From an uncultured Actinomycetes bacterium (GTDB taxonomy: Bacteria; Actinomycetota; UBA4738; HRBIN12), in the NCBI GenBank assembly GCA_963785835.1, contig CAWAWO010000002.1, positions 228,327-292,326 on the forward strand: a DNA stretch of 64,000 nt, read 5' to 3'. Below are positions 49,780 to 59,229 of the stretch, piece after piece. The notes under the pieces were generated by a model. That model saw nothing but the letters and a program-made list of their open reading frames with translations, did not search any database and was not told the DNA's origin. The translations under genes and the position numbers were made by a program. Each line of letters begins with the position of its first letter. Positions within the stretch are counted from its first letter, which is position 1.

Positions 49780-51397
49780 ATGAGGGGTTCGTCGCAGCGG
49801 AACGCGATCCGTCCGAGTCGCCGCGTCGTCGGGTCCGCGTGCTCGCGGCGGCGGCTTGCTCCTGTGCCTCTGGTGGTCCTGCTTCCCGCGCATCGGCGGC
49901 AGCTACCTGTGCTTCGACGATGCCGAACAACGCTCGACAGTCGATCATGGGCTCCGATGACGCCACTGACGCTTCTCGATGGCGACGACGGACGACACCT
50001 CGTGCATCGCAACCCGACCGACGGACTCCGTGCGATGGGACACGTCTCGACCTCGGACGACATCACGCTCATCGAGTCGACGGGGCGGCGGGCAACGAGA
50101 CTCCGTCACGATCAGGCCGGGGTCGTTCGATGACACCGACGACTTCACGATCGACCTCGCGGGCGGCACGGACAGCTCGGATCTCCGGCACCGAAGGCAG
50201 CGACACCATCACGTTCACGCCGTTCGCAGATCAACGGGCGCCGACATCACGCAGTCGCGACATCGAGAACGTTACGTCGTGAACGGCCTCGGCGGGGCCG
50301 ACACCGTCAACGGCGGGACGTTCGCGAACGCCCTCACGATCAACGGCGGAGCCGACAACGACACGCTCACGGGTGGCAACGGCGGCGACACGATCAACGG
50401 CGACGAAGGCAACGACACGCTGAACGGCGGAGCCGGCATCGACACGCTGAACGGAGGTGCGGGCGACGACAGCCTGAACGGCGGAGCCGACAACGACACG
50501 CTCAATGGCGGAGCCGGCAACGACACGCTCAACGGCGACGACGGCAACGACACGCTCAACGGCGCCGAGGGCAACGGCACGACACGCTGAACGGAGGTGC
50601 GGGCGACGACGGCCTGACCGGCGGAGCCGACAACGACACGCTCAACGGCGGAGCCGACAACGACACGCTCGGCTGCGGTGCTGGTACCGACACGGCGAGC
50701 TACGCGGGGACGACGGGTGGCGTGACCGTCTCTCTGGGTGTGACAGGAGCGCAGGCCACGGGCGGGGCGGGGTCCGACACGCTCACCGACTGCGAGAACC
50801 TGACCGGTGGCAGCGGAGGCGACAAGCTCACCGGCAACGGCAGCGCCAACACGATCGACGGCGCCGACGGCAACGACACCGTCCAGGGTGGTGGCGGCGA
50901 CGACGCGCTCATCGGAGGGAGCGGAACCGACAAGGTGAGCTTCTCGAACGCCGCTTCGGGCGTGACCGTCAACCTTCCCGGTACGGCCTCCGGGGATGGG
51001 ACCGACACGCTCGCTGGATTCGAGAACGTCCAGGGGTCTCGGCCATGCCGACACGATCAACGGCGACGACGGCCCCAACACGCTCAAGGGTGGGAACGCG
51101 ATCGACGCGATCAGCGGTGGCGCGGGTCGCGACACCCTCGCCGGCGGCGCCGGGGCCGACAACCTCAAGGGCAAGGACGGCGTGGACAACCTCAAGGGCG
51201 GCGACGGTGGAGACACCGCGGCCGGCGGCAACGGAGGCGACGTGGTGAACGGCGCCAACGGGAACGACCTCCTGAAGGGCGGGAACGGCAACGACGAGCT
51301 GAACGGCGGAAACGGCAACGACGAGCTCAAGGGCGGCAACGGGAACGACATGTGCAGCGGCGGACCGGGCGCCGACGTGATCTCCGGCTGCGAGTAG
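49780..51397 (+). pseudogene. calcium-binding repeat protein B (RTX GGxGxD nonapeptide repeats), many frame breaks
   Basis: ATG 49780 after AGGGGG. Readable pieces: [55 protein letters not shown]...[94 protein letters not shown], then stop at 51397. Confidence 0.65.
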
Positions 51398-51415
51398 CGT
51401 TCCCTGAACGAACGG

Positions 51416-51450
51416 CGACACGGCCCCGGTGAGTCGCCGGGGCCGTGTCG
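51416..51450 (+). terminator. 14-bp perfect hairpin after RTX gene B
   Basis: cgacacggccccgg tgagtcg ccggggccgtgtcg; no U tract follows. Confidence 0.45.
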
Positions 51451-51473
51451 TAACCGCGTGATAGCGTGCGCTC

Positions 51474-51713
51474 ATGGAAGCGGTGGCCTGGACGGCGATC
51501 GGGTTGCTGGCGGTGGGTGTCTTCGGTTCGTTCGGCAGCTTCTACTACCTGGGCACGCGGATCGATTCTCTCGGAGCGCGGCTGGACGCTCGCATCGACG
51601 CCCAGGGCGCCGAGTTGGGTGCGCGCATCGACGCTCAGAGCGCCGAGCTGAGTGCTCGTATCGACGCCCTCACGGCTCGCATGGACGAGCATCTCAGCCG
51701 CCACTCCGGCTGA
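51474..51713 (+). CDS. small membrane protein with 11-residue (hendecad) repeats
   Basis: 79 aa. TM AWTAIGLLAVGVFGSFGSFYYL, then ARLD ARIDAQGAELG ARIDAQSAELS ARIDALTARMD EHL. No obvious Shine-Dalgarno. Confidence 0.5.
   Translation: MEAVAWTAIGLLAVGVFGSFGSFYYLGTRIDSLGARLDARIDAQGAELGARIDAQSAELSARIDALTARMDEHLSRHSG
51552..51686 (+). repeat. 33-nt in-frame tandem repeats (3 good copies plus 1 degenerate)
   Basis: 51588-51620, 51621-51653 and 51654-51686 each encode A-R-I-D-A-x-x-A-x-(L/M)-x; a degenerate copy lies at 51552-51587. Confidence 0.8.
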
Positions 51714-51722
51714 GGGCGGTCG

Positions 51723-52908
51723 CTACTCGCCCGGATCCGGTCCCGGCAGCACCAGGATCGCGTTGGTGATGTGGCGCTCCTGCCCGTCGGACGGACGGTT
51801 CACGACCTTGTCCTCGACCACCATCTCCGAGGAGCCACCGCCGTCGAGGTTCATCGCGGTCACCGCTCCGAGGTCGTCCATGATCCTGGCGAACTGCAAC
51901 AGGGTCACGCCTTTCGACCACCCCGGCTGGCGACCGTCGATGACCACCAGGAGGATCCTTCCGTTCGCCTTCACCCCGACACCGGTCCTCGGATGGGCGC
52001 CGCACGACAAGCCGCAGATGTCCAGGCGGTTCCCGTCCCGCATCAGGATCGGGCCGCCGCCGACCACGTCGAACACGTTCGACCAGCCGACCGTCCAGTG
52101 CACGCGAACGGTGGTATCCGGGCACGAGGGCCAGCACCTCGGTCGCCTCGTCGGTCGCCGGCGGCGCCGAGATCACCACGCCGCCCTGCCGAGCGAGCGG
52201 CGTGTCGGAGCATCGCACGACGTCGACGGTGTAGGAGCGGTCCACGCCGTCCGGGTCGGCCGGCTGCGGCGGGCCCTGGGGGAGCAATCGAGCCTGGCAC
52301 GAGTTCGCCGGCGGAGCCTCGAGCGTTCCGCCGAGCGTCGAGAAGCCCGCCAGCTCGCCGGGGGCCGGATCGCCCTGGTTCCAGCGATCGAGCCTCAGGA
52401 CGCGCCCGCTCGACTCGTCGGTGAGCGTGACTCGGACCTTGCGATGGCCGAACTGGGTCTCGGCCTCGTTCCGCGTCAGGGCGAACAGTGCGCCCGCGTC
52501 GTCGGTGGTGTGCAGGAGGTCGCCGTCCTGCGCGAACACGTGCACCGGGTTGCCCGGCTGCCCAAGGACGCCCCAGTCACCGTTCACGCCGGCGAGCGCA
52601 CCCGCTCGGCGAACGACCTCGGAAAGGGGGCTCCGGGACGGCAACGCCGCTTCCGTGAGGGTGGTGTCGAGCGTGATGGCCTGCTCGAGGTTCAGCGTCA
52701 GCACGAACGTCCGCCGCGGCACGCCCCGCTGGACGATCCTCGTGAACTTGAGCCCGGGCGCGATCCTGCGTGTCTTCTCGACCGGCGCGCGGAGCTCTCG
52801 CGAGCGTGAGCCACTGGCTTCCGCCCCGGGGACGGCGAGACCGACCGTGACGCACAGCGCCACCGCCAGGAGCACCTGGACGCGTCTGATAGGTTTCGCA
52901 GGTTTCAT
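51723..52908 (-). pseudogene. secreted phosphodiester glycosidase family protein (DUF2233/NAGPA-like), frame break near 52115
   Basis: ATG 52908 with signal MKPAKPIRRVQVLLAVALCVTVGLAVPGAEA, then LAGVNGDWG. The C-terminal part HWTVGWSNVFDVVGGGPILMRDG...TGVGVKANGRILLVVIDGRQ...AMNLDGGGSSEMV is in the next frame. Confidence 0.75.
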
Positions 52909-52953
52909 TCCGACACACCCCGAGAGCGAGACCGTGAATACTAGAGGTGACTC

Positions 52954-54180
52954 GTGAGGAAGACCACCCTTACCGTCCTGGCCGTGGCCGTGCTCATGGC
53001 CCTCGCGCCCGCGCCGGCAAGCGCGCAGCCCGGCATCTGGGGCTCCGGCAACGGGATGATCGTGTTCCGCTCCGACCGGAGCGGCGACCCCGACCTGTTC
53101 GCGGTCGATCCCGGGGGTTCGAACCTCACGAACCTCACCGAGGGATCGGCCCTCGCCGATCTCCAGCCGGCGTGGTCGCCGGACGGCGGACGGATCGCCC
53201 ACGTCGTCCGTTTCGGGGCGAAGAACCGTACGGACCTGTTCGTGACGCCGGCGTCGCGGGGAGGTCGGATACGGCTCACGTCGAACGCGGCTCCCGAACG
53301 CGACCCGTCCTGGTCGCCGACCGGGACGATGCTCGCCTTCGCGGCTCGGGAGGGCGGGAGCGGCCCGTTCCGGATCTTCACCGTGCGCGCCGACGGCACG
53401 GGCCGCCGGCAGCTGACCGCGCAGCAGGGCGGCACGGCCGACCGTGCTCCGGTGTGGTCGCCCGACGGCACCCGGATCGCGTTCGTGTCCGATCGAGCGG
53501 GCGGCTTCCCCGAGCTGTTCGTCATGAACGCGAACGGGTCGGGCGTGAGGCGCCTGACGAACAACTCGCTGATCGACGGCAACCCTTCGTGGTCGCCCGA
53601 CGCCACCAGGCTCGTGTTCGAGCGATGCTGTCAGGCCGGAACGTCGGACGTGTACTCGATCGACGTGGCGTCCAGGGCCGAGATCAACCTCACCGCATCC
53701 ACGACGCATCAGGATTTCGATCCGGTGTGGTCGCCGGACGGCACGAGGATCGCCTACGTCTCGTTCGAGATCGGCCAGGGGAACATCGACATCTGGACGA
53801 TGAACGCCGACGGCTCGGCGCAGGCTCGTCTGACGCAGGAGGCCGGACCGGACCTCTCGCCCGATTGGCAGCCGGTCCCCACCTGCACGATCACGGGCTC
53901 GCCCGGGCCCGACAGCCTGCCCGGAACCGCGGGCAACGACGTGATCTGCTCGCTCGACGGGAACGATCAGGTCGACGCCGGGGCCGGATCCGACCTCGTG
54001 TTCGGCGACCGGGGGCGCGACGACATCGCGGGACAGGACGGCGACGACGTCCTCCTCGGCGGCGGCGCCGCGGATCGGCTCTCGGGAGACGCCGGCTACG
54101 ACTTCCTGGACGGCGGGTTCGGCATCGACACGTGCTTCATCGGCCTGGACGGTGCGGCCCGGCGGGACTGCGAGGCCTGA
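52954..54180 (+). CDS. secreted TolB-like beta-propeller (PD40/WD40-like repeats) with C-terminal RTX-type calcium-binding repeats
   Basis: Signal MRKTTLTVLAVAVLMALAPAPASA. Repeated PxWSPDG(T/G)RIA(F/Y)V units. C-terminus GTAGNDVICSLDGNDQVDAGAGSDLVFGDRGRDDIAGQDGDDVLLGGGAADRLSGDAGYDFLDGGFGIDTC...DCEA. Confidence 0.85.
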   Translation: MRKTTLTVLAVAVLMALAPAPASAQPGIWGSGNGMIVFRSDRSGDPDLFAVDPGGSNLTNLTEGSALADLQPAWSPDGGRIAHVVRFGAKNRTDLFVTPASRGGRIRLTSNAAPERDPSWSPTGTMLAFAAREGGSGPFRIFTVRADGTGRRQLTAQQGGTADRAPVWSPDGTRIAFVSDRAGGFPELFVMNANGSGVRRLTNNSLIDGNPSWSPDATRLVFERCCQAGTSDVYSIDVASRAEINLTASTTHQDFDPVWSPDGTRIAYVSFEIGQGNIDIWTMNADGSAQARLTQEAGPDLSPDWQPVPTCTITGSPGPDSLPGTAGNDVICSLDGNDQVDAGAGSDLVFGDRGRDDIAGQDGDDVLLGGGAADRLSGDAGYDFLDGGFGIDTCFIGLDGAARRDCEA

Positions 54181-54192
54181 GCCCTCGGGCCC

Positions 54193-54702
54193 TCAGTCGG
54201 CGATCTCGACCCGCTCGAGCACCACGTCGGGGCTCGGACGGTCCTGGCCGCCCGTGGTGGCCTTCGAGATCGCCTCGACCACCTCGTAGCCCTCGGTGAC
54301 CTCGCCGAAGATCGTGTGCTTGCCGGTGAGCCAGTCGGTGGGAGCGACGGTCACGAAGAACTGACAGCCGTTGGTGTTCGGCCCTGCGTTGGCCATCGCG
54401 AGCAGGCCCGGCCGGTCGAACCGCGGACCGTCTGGCGGAGTCTCGTCTTCGAACTGGTAGCCGGGACCGCCTCTGCCCGTTCCGGCGGGATCCCCGCCCT
54501 GGATCATGAAGTCCTCGATCACGCGGTGGAACAGCGTTCCGTCGTACAGCGGCTCGGTCCGGCGGGTGCCGTCGCGCGGGTCGGTCCACTCCTTCGATCC
54601 CTTCGCGAGCTCCACGAAGTTGGCGACGGTCTTCGGCGCGTGCTCCGGCATGAGGCGCGCGGTGAACGAGCCTTGTGACGTGACGAACGTGGCTTCGGTC
54701 AT
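54193..54702 (-). CDS. ppiA: cytoplasmic cyclophilin-type peptidyl-prolyl isomerase
   Basis: 169 aa; FHRVIEDFMIQGGDPAGTGRGGPGY and MANAGPNTNGCQFFV. Confidence 0.93.
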   Translation of the reverse strand: MTEATFVTSQGSFTARLMPEHAPKTVANFVELAKGSKEWTDPRDGTRRTEPLYDGTLFHRVIEDFMIQGGDPAGTGRGGPGYQFEDETPPDGPRFDRPGLLAMANAGPNTNGCQFFVTVAPTDWLTGKHTIFGEVTEGYEVVEAISKATTGGQDRPSPDVVLERVEIAD

Positions 54703-54874
54703 GACGAACGCTCCTCGTGCCGGCGGAGGCGGAAGTCTACCCCCGTCGCGTCAGGTGGTCGGCGGTCGTCGGGTGACGGCGCTCTCGGCGCGAGCAGCGG
54801 CGTGCGGCGAACCGGAAGCGCATCGTCGAGAAATCTCTCGCGAAGTGTGAGCTACCTCACAGACCGGGGAACGC

Positions 54875-56083
54875 GTGTTCGCTAGTGTCGGCTCTATGAG
54901 CACGCTGCGATCCGCCCTGGACGAGCTTCGAGCCGAGGACCTGCGCTCGCTCTCGGACGAGGCGCTCGCCGGTCACCTGGACGAGATCGAACGAGCGGGC
55001 CGGATCATCGAGGCCGAACGAGGGCGGGGCCTCGCCGAGTTCGAACGGCGGAAGGCCTATGCACTGCGACGGCCACCTGTCGGCAGCGGCTTGGCTCGCC
55101 CACAGCCAGGGGACTCTCGCCGTGGAGCCGAGGCCACCGTTCGCCGGGCCTTGGCGCTCGAGCAGATGCCGGAGGTTGCCCGGGCCTTCGCGGAGGGCGA
55201 GGTCTCGGGTTCGGCGGTGGACGAGCTCGCCCGGGCCCACGAGGTCGCTCCCGAGGCGTTCGCACGCTCCGAACCCGCCCTGGTGGAGGCCGCGCGGTCG
55301 ATGGGCTTCGGCGAGCTCCGCCGGGTCGCCGAGTCGTGGCGGGAGGCCGCCGATCCCGAGCGCGCGGTGCAAGACGAGGACGAACGGCACGAGCGCAGGC
55401 GCCTGGACGTCTGCCCCGACGCCAACGGCATGGTCGGCCTCCACGGCGAACTGGACTCCGAGGACGGGCAGGGCCTGATCACCGCGATCCGGGCACAGAT
55501 GGACGCCGAGACCCGTTCGGCGAAAGGACCCGATGCCCGCACGCCAACCCAGCGAAGGGCCGATGCACTCGGCGAGATCTGCCGCCAGTGGCTCTCTTCG
55601 CGCGATCGGCCAACCGTGGGCGGCGAGCGCCCTCATGTGGTGGTGACGATGGACCTGGAGACGCTGGTGGAGGAGGGCGGGTCGGAGCGGTCCGAGCTCC
55701 AGGACACCGGCTCCATCACGCCGGAGACCGCAAGGCGCCTCGCCTGCGACGCCGAGATCACCCGCGTGATCACCGGTCCGGGCTCCGAGCCGCTCGAGCT
55801 GGGGAGGAAGACCAAGGTCGTGCCGCCGGGGCTGCGACGGGCGGTCTCGGTCCGCGACCGCGGCTGCCGGTTCCCCGGCTGCGGACGTCCTCCCGGCTGG
55901 TGCGACGCCCACCACGTCCGCCACTGGGCCGACGGCGGTGAGACCTCGCTCGATAACCTGGTCCTGTTCTGCCGACCCCACCACCGGGCGATCCACCGCG
56001 GGTTCGGCGTGCAGATGGTCGATGGCAAGCCGACATTCACCCGGCCCGACGGGACGCCGCTGTCCGAACGCGCGCCGCCGTAG
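54875..56083 (+). CDS. DUF222 / HNH endonuclease family protein (REP13E12-like)
   Basis: 402 aa. C-terminus RDRGCRFPGCGRPPGWCDAHHVRHWADGGETSLDNLVLFCRPHHRAIH. N-terminal DUF222-like region. Residues encoded by 55068-55140 look frame-scrambled but the ORF stays open. Alternative ATG at 54896. Confidence 0.85.
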   Translation: MFASVGSMSTLRSALDELRAEDLRSLSDEALAGHLDEIERAGRIIEAERGRGLAEFERRKAYALRRPPVGSGLARPQPGDSRRGAEATVRRALALEQMPEVARAFAEGEVSGSAVDELARAHEVAPEAFARSEPALVEAARSMGFGELRRVAESWREAADPERAVQDEDERHERRRLDVCPDANGMVGLHGELDSEDGQGLITAIRAQMDAETRSAKGPDARTPTQRRADALGEICRQWLSSRDRPTVGGERPHVVVTMDLETLVEEGGSERSELQDTGSITPETARRLACDAEITRVITGPGSEPLELGRKTKVVPPGLRRAVSVRDRGCRFPGCGRPPGWCDAHHVRHWADGGETSLDNLVLFCRPHHRAIHRGFGVQMVDGKPTFTRPDGTPLSERAPP

Positions 56084-56159
56084 CCGTGACGGCGGCACGG
56101 CGGTAGCCCGAGCGGGAGCGACCACGCGTGCGCCCGTCCGCTCGGCTGTCGGCGAGCGC

Positions 56160-56184
56160 GGCCCGCTGAGCGACCCAGCGGGCC
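56160..56184. terminator. hairpin between convergent HNH and thioredoxin-domain genes
   Basis: ggcccgct gagcgaccc agcgggcc (8-bp stem). Confidence 0.3.
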
Positions 56185-56212
56185 CGGAACAGCGTTGACG
56201 GCCCGCTCGTGA

Positions 56213-58252
56213 TCAGCGTTCGACGAGCTGCGCGACCAGCGCGTCGGGTTCGGTGACCGGGAGCCGGCAGACGAAGCCCTCGCACACGAACGCCGTGGGC
56301 CGTCCGTCCATCGGCGGACGATCTCGGAGGAGCGCCACGGCGTCCCGAGACGCCTCGTCCTCGGCCGACGCGACGGCGAGGACGCGGTTGGGCAGGAATC
56401 GCCTCGAGGTGACCTCTGCGGCGAGCGCCGCCGTCTCCGGCGACGCCGGGTCGCCGACGATCGCCACCTCCTTGGCCTTCGACAGGTAGAGGTCGAGCGC
56501 GCACAGGGCGTGCCCGAACCCGCTCGGCGCGCCCGCCATCGCGTCTCGGACGAGCCGAAGCGCTCCGACGCCGGCCTGCTCGTACCGCCGCTCCCCGGTG
56601 AGGTGGGCGAGCCGCTGCAGGACGTCGGCGGCGGCCGAGTTGCCGCTCGGCACCGCGTTGTCGACGAGCTCCTTCGGGCGGACGACGAGACGCTCGGCGT
56701 CGGTGCCGGACTGGAAGAACCCCCCGCGCTCCTCGTCGTGGAACAGCCGGAGGAGCTCGTCGGCCAGGGCCCTCGCGTGCTCGAACCACCGGAGCTCGAA
56801 CGTCGTCTCGTACAGCGCGAGACACGCCTCGGCCATCAGCGCGTGGTCGTCCGCGAACGCCGGCCTCCCGGCCCTCCCGTCCCGCCACGAACGCAGGAGG
56901 CGGCCGTCGCCGTCGCGGAGACGCTCCAGGACGAACTCGGCCGCCCGGACCGCGGCCTCGACGTAGTCGGGGCGGTCGAACGCGCGACCGGCCTCCGCGA
57001 GCGCCGTGATCGCCATCGCGTTCCACGCGGCGAGGACCTTGTCGTCGGTCGCCGGGCGCACTCGCCGCTCGCGGAGCTCGAACAGCTCGGCCCGCGCCTT
57101 CTCGAGATCGCGTTCGAGGTCGGCGACGTCGAGCTCGAGCTCTGCGGCGATCGCACCGAGCGGCACCGGGCGCCACAGCACGTTCGTGCCCTCCCAGTTG
57201 CCGTTCGGCACGGCGCCGAGCGCGGCCGCCACCGTCTCGCCTCCCACGGACACGAGCTCGTCCCACGACCAGACGAAGAACCTGCCCTCGACGCCCTCGC
57301 TGTCCGCGTCCTGTGACGAGAAGAACCCGCCGTCCGGATGCCGGAGCTCTCGGAGCAGGTAGTCGCACGTCTCGACGGCGACACGGCGATCGTCCTCGAC
57401 ACCGGCCACCTGCCAGGCGTGCACGTAGAGCCTCACGAGCAGGGCGTTGTCGTACAGCATCTTCTCGAAGTGAGGAACGTGCCACCGCTCGTCGGTCGAG
57501 TACCGGTGGAACCCGCCGCCGATCTGGTCGTACATCCCGCCCGCCGCCATCCTGTCGAGCGTGACCCGGACCATGTCGAGCGCGTCCGGGACCCCGCGGA
57601 GGTGCATCCGCAGGAGGAACTCGAGCGTCATCGGCTGGGGGAACTTCGGCGCGCCGCCGAACCCTCCCCACCGCGGATCGAACGAGCGTCGAAGCGCCGA
57701 GAACGCCTGGGTGAGGATCTCGTCGGTGAGCGGTTCGGCCGAGGCGGCAAGCGTGCCCGTCCGGTCGATCGCCTCGACGATGCTGGCGCTCTGTCCTTTC
57801 GCCTCCTCGCGGCGGTTCTCCCAGACGTCGGCGATCGCCTCCAGGACCGAACGGAACGCCGGCATGCCGTGCCGCGGCTCGTCCGGGAAGTACGTGCCCG
57901 CGTAGAACGGCTCGCCCTCGGGGGTGAGGAAGGCCGTCAGCGGCCACCCGCCGCTCCCGGTCATCGCCTGCACGGCGTCCATGTAGATCGCGTCGAGGTC
58001 GGGCCGCTCCTCGCGGTCGACCTTGATCGAGACGAAGTGCTCGTTCATGAGCTCGGCGGTCGCGGGATCCTCGAACGACTCGCGTTCCATCACGTGACAC
58101 CAGTGACAGGCCGCGTAGCCGATCGACAGCAGGATCGGCTTGTCCTGTTCGCGGGCGCGCTCGAGCGCCTCCGGTCCCCAGGGGAACCAGTCGACCGGGT
58201 TCCCTGCGTGCTGGAGGAGGTAGGGACTCGTCTCGTTCGCGAGCCGGTTCAT
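56213..58252 (-). CDS. thioredoxin domain-containing protein (DUF255/YyaL family, six-hairpin glycosidase-like C-terminus)
   Basis: 679 aa; N-terminus [54 protein letters not shown] is the hallmark of this family. Confidence 0.9.
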   Translation of the reverse strand: MNRLANETSPYLLQHAGNPVDWFPWGPEALERAREQDKPILLSIGYAACHWCHVMERESFEDPATAELMNEHFVSIKVDREERPDLDAIYMDAVQAMTGSGGWPLTAFLTPEGEPFYAGTYFPDEPRHGMPAFRSVLEAIADVWENRREEAKGQSASIVEAIDRTGTLAASAEPLTDEILTQAFSALRRSFDPRWGGFGGAPKFPQPMTLEFLLRMHLRGVPDALDMVRVTLDRMAAGGMYDQIGGGFHRYSTDERWHVPHFEKMLYDNALLVRLYVHAWQVAGVEDDRRVAVETCDYLLRELRHPDGGFFSSQDADSEGVEGRFFVWSWDELVSVGGETVAAALGAVPNGNWEGTNVLWRPVPLGAIAAELELDVADLERDLEKARAELFELRERRVRPATDDKVLAAWNAMAITALAEAGRAFDRPDYVEAAVRAAEFVLERLRDGDGRLLRSWRDGRAGRPAFADDHALMAEACLALYETTFELRWFEHARALADELLRLFHDEERGGFFQSGTDAERLVVRPKELVDNAVPSGNSAAADVLQRLAHLTGERRYEQAGVGALRLVRDAMAGAPSGFGHALCALDLYLSKAKEVAIVGDPASPETAALAAEVTSRRFLPNRVLAVASAEDEASRDAVALLRDRPPMDGRPTAFVCEGFVCRLPVTEPDALVAQLVER

Positions 58253-58302
58253 GGGAGCCGAACCCAGTCTAGGCGCCCGAAACCCACTGCTAGGCTTCGG
58301 CC

Positions 58303-59140
58303 GTGTCTGGGTCGACGTCGAAGGTCGCGTATCAGGGAGAGGCCGGCGCGTACAGCGAACGCGCGGTCGGGATCCTGTTCCCCGACGCCGAACCGCTGCC
58401 GTGCGAGACGATCCGCCTCACGTTCTCCCGGGTGACGAGCGGCGAAGCGGACTTCGGCGTGGTGCCGGTGGAGAACTCCCAGGCCGGCTCGGTGAACGAG
58501 ACGTACGACCTGCTCTCGCGCTCCAGCCTCGTCCAGCTCGTGGGCGAGGTCGTGATCCGCGATCGACCACGCGCTGCTGGCGCCCTCGGGCGCACGCCTG
58601 GAGGGGACCCGGCGCGCGTACTCGCACTGGCAGGCGCTCGCGCAGTGCGAGGAGTTCCTGGCGACCCATCACATCGACCCGGTGCCGGTCCACGACACGG
58701 CCGGCGGGGCCAGGATGGTGGCCGAACGCGGGTTGGAGGACGAGGCCGCGATCGCCAGCGTGGAGGCCGGAGCGAGCCTCGGCCTCACGGTGCTCGCCGA
58801 GCACATCCAGACCCACCCGGACAACTTCACGAAGTTCGGCGCGATCGGCACGCGCGACGCGGGACTCGGGACGCCGAACCGGACCTCGCTCGTGATGGCG
58901 GGCGACGACCGGCCGGGTTCGCTCTTCCGGTCGCTGCAACCGCTCGCCGACCGCGGCGTCAACCTCACGAAGCTCGAGTCTCGGCCCCGCCGGGGAGCGC
59001 CGTTCGAGTACATCTTCTACATCGACCTGGACGGCTCGGCGGAGGATCCGAACGTGATCGAGGCGCTCGACGAGGTCCGCATGCACACGTCCATGCTGAA
59101 GATCCTCGGCTCCTACCCCGCGTCCAAGGGCACCATCTGA
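58303..59140 (+). pseudogene. pheA: prephenate dehydratase, frame break near 58558
   Basis: [12 protein letters not shown]...VPVENSQAGSVNETYDLL (frame 1). IDHALLAPSGARLEGTRRAYSHWQALAQC...TRDAG...NRTSLV...DRPGSLF...NLTKLESRP (ACT domain) in frame 2. Confidence 0.85.
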
Positions 59141-59229
59141 GGCTGCGGCCCCAACGAACTCCCGCGTGATTAGATGCGCGGGATGTCCTCCTGCCGGGTG
59201 CCTGCCGCTCGCGCATCCGCGCTCGCTTC

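Noticed and set aside
50280-50700. Regular short DNA periodicity that could be mistaken for a CRISPR-like array
   Set aside because: The period is 27 nt, with no unique spacers. It translates to GGxGxDxLx nonapeptides, so these are coding RTX repeats. No cas genes or leader are present anywhere in the window.
47814-51397. Calling the repeat proteins RTX toxins secreted by a type I system
   Set aside because: No T1SS ABC exporter, membrane-fusion or acyltransferase gene is in the window. An N-terminal Sec signal is present, and there is no hydrophobic pore-forming domain. Only the calcium-binding repeat is supported.
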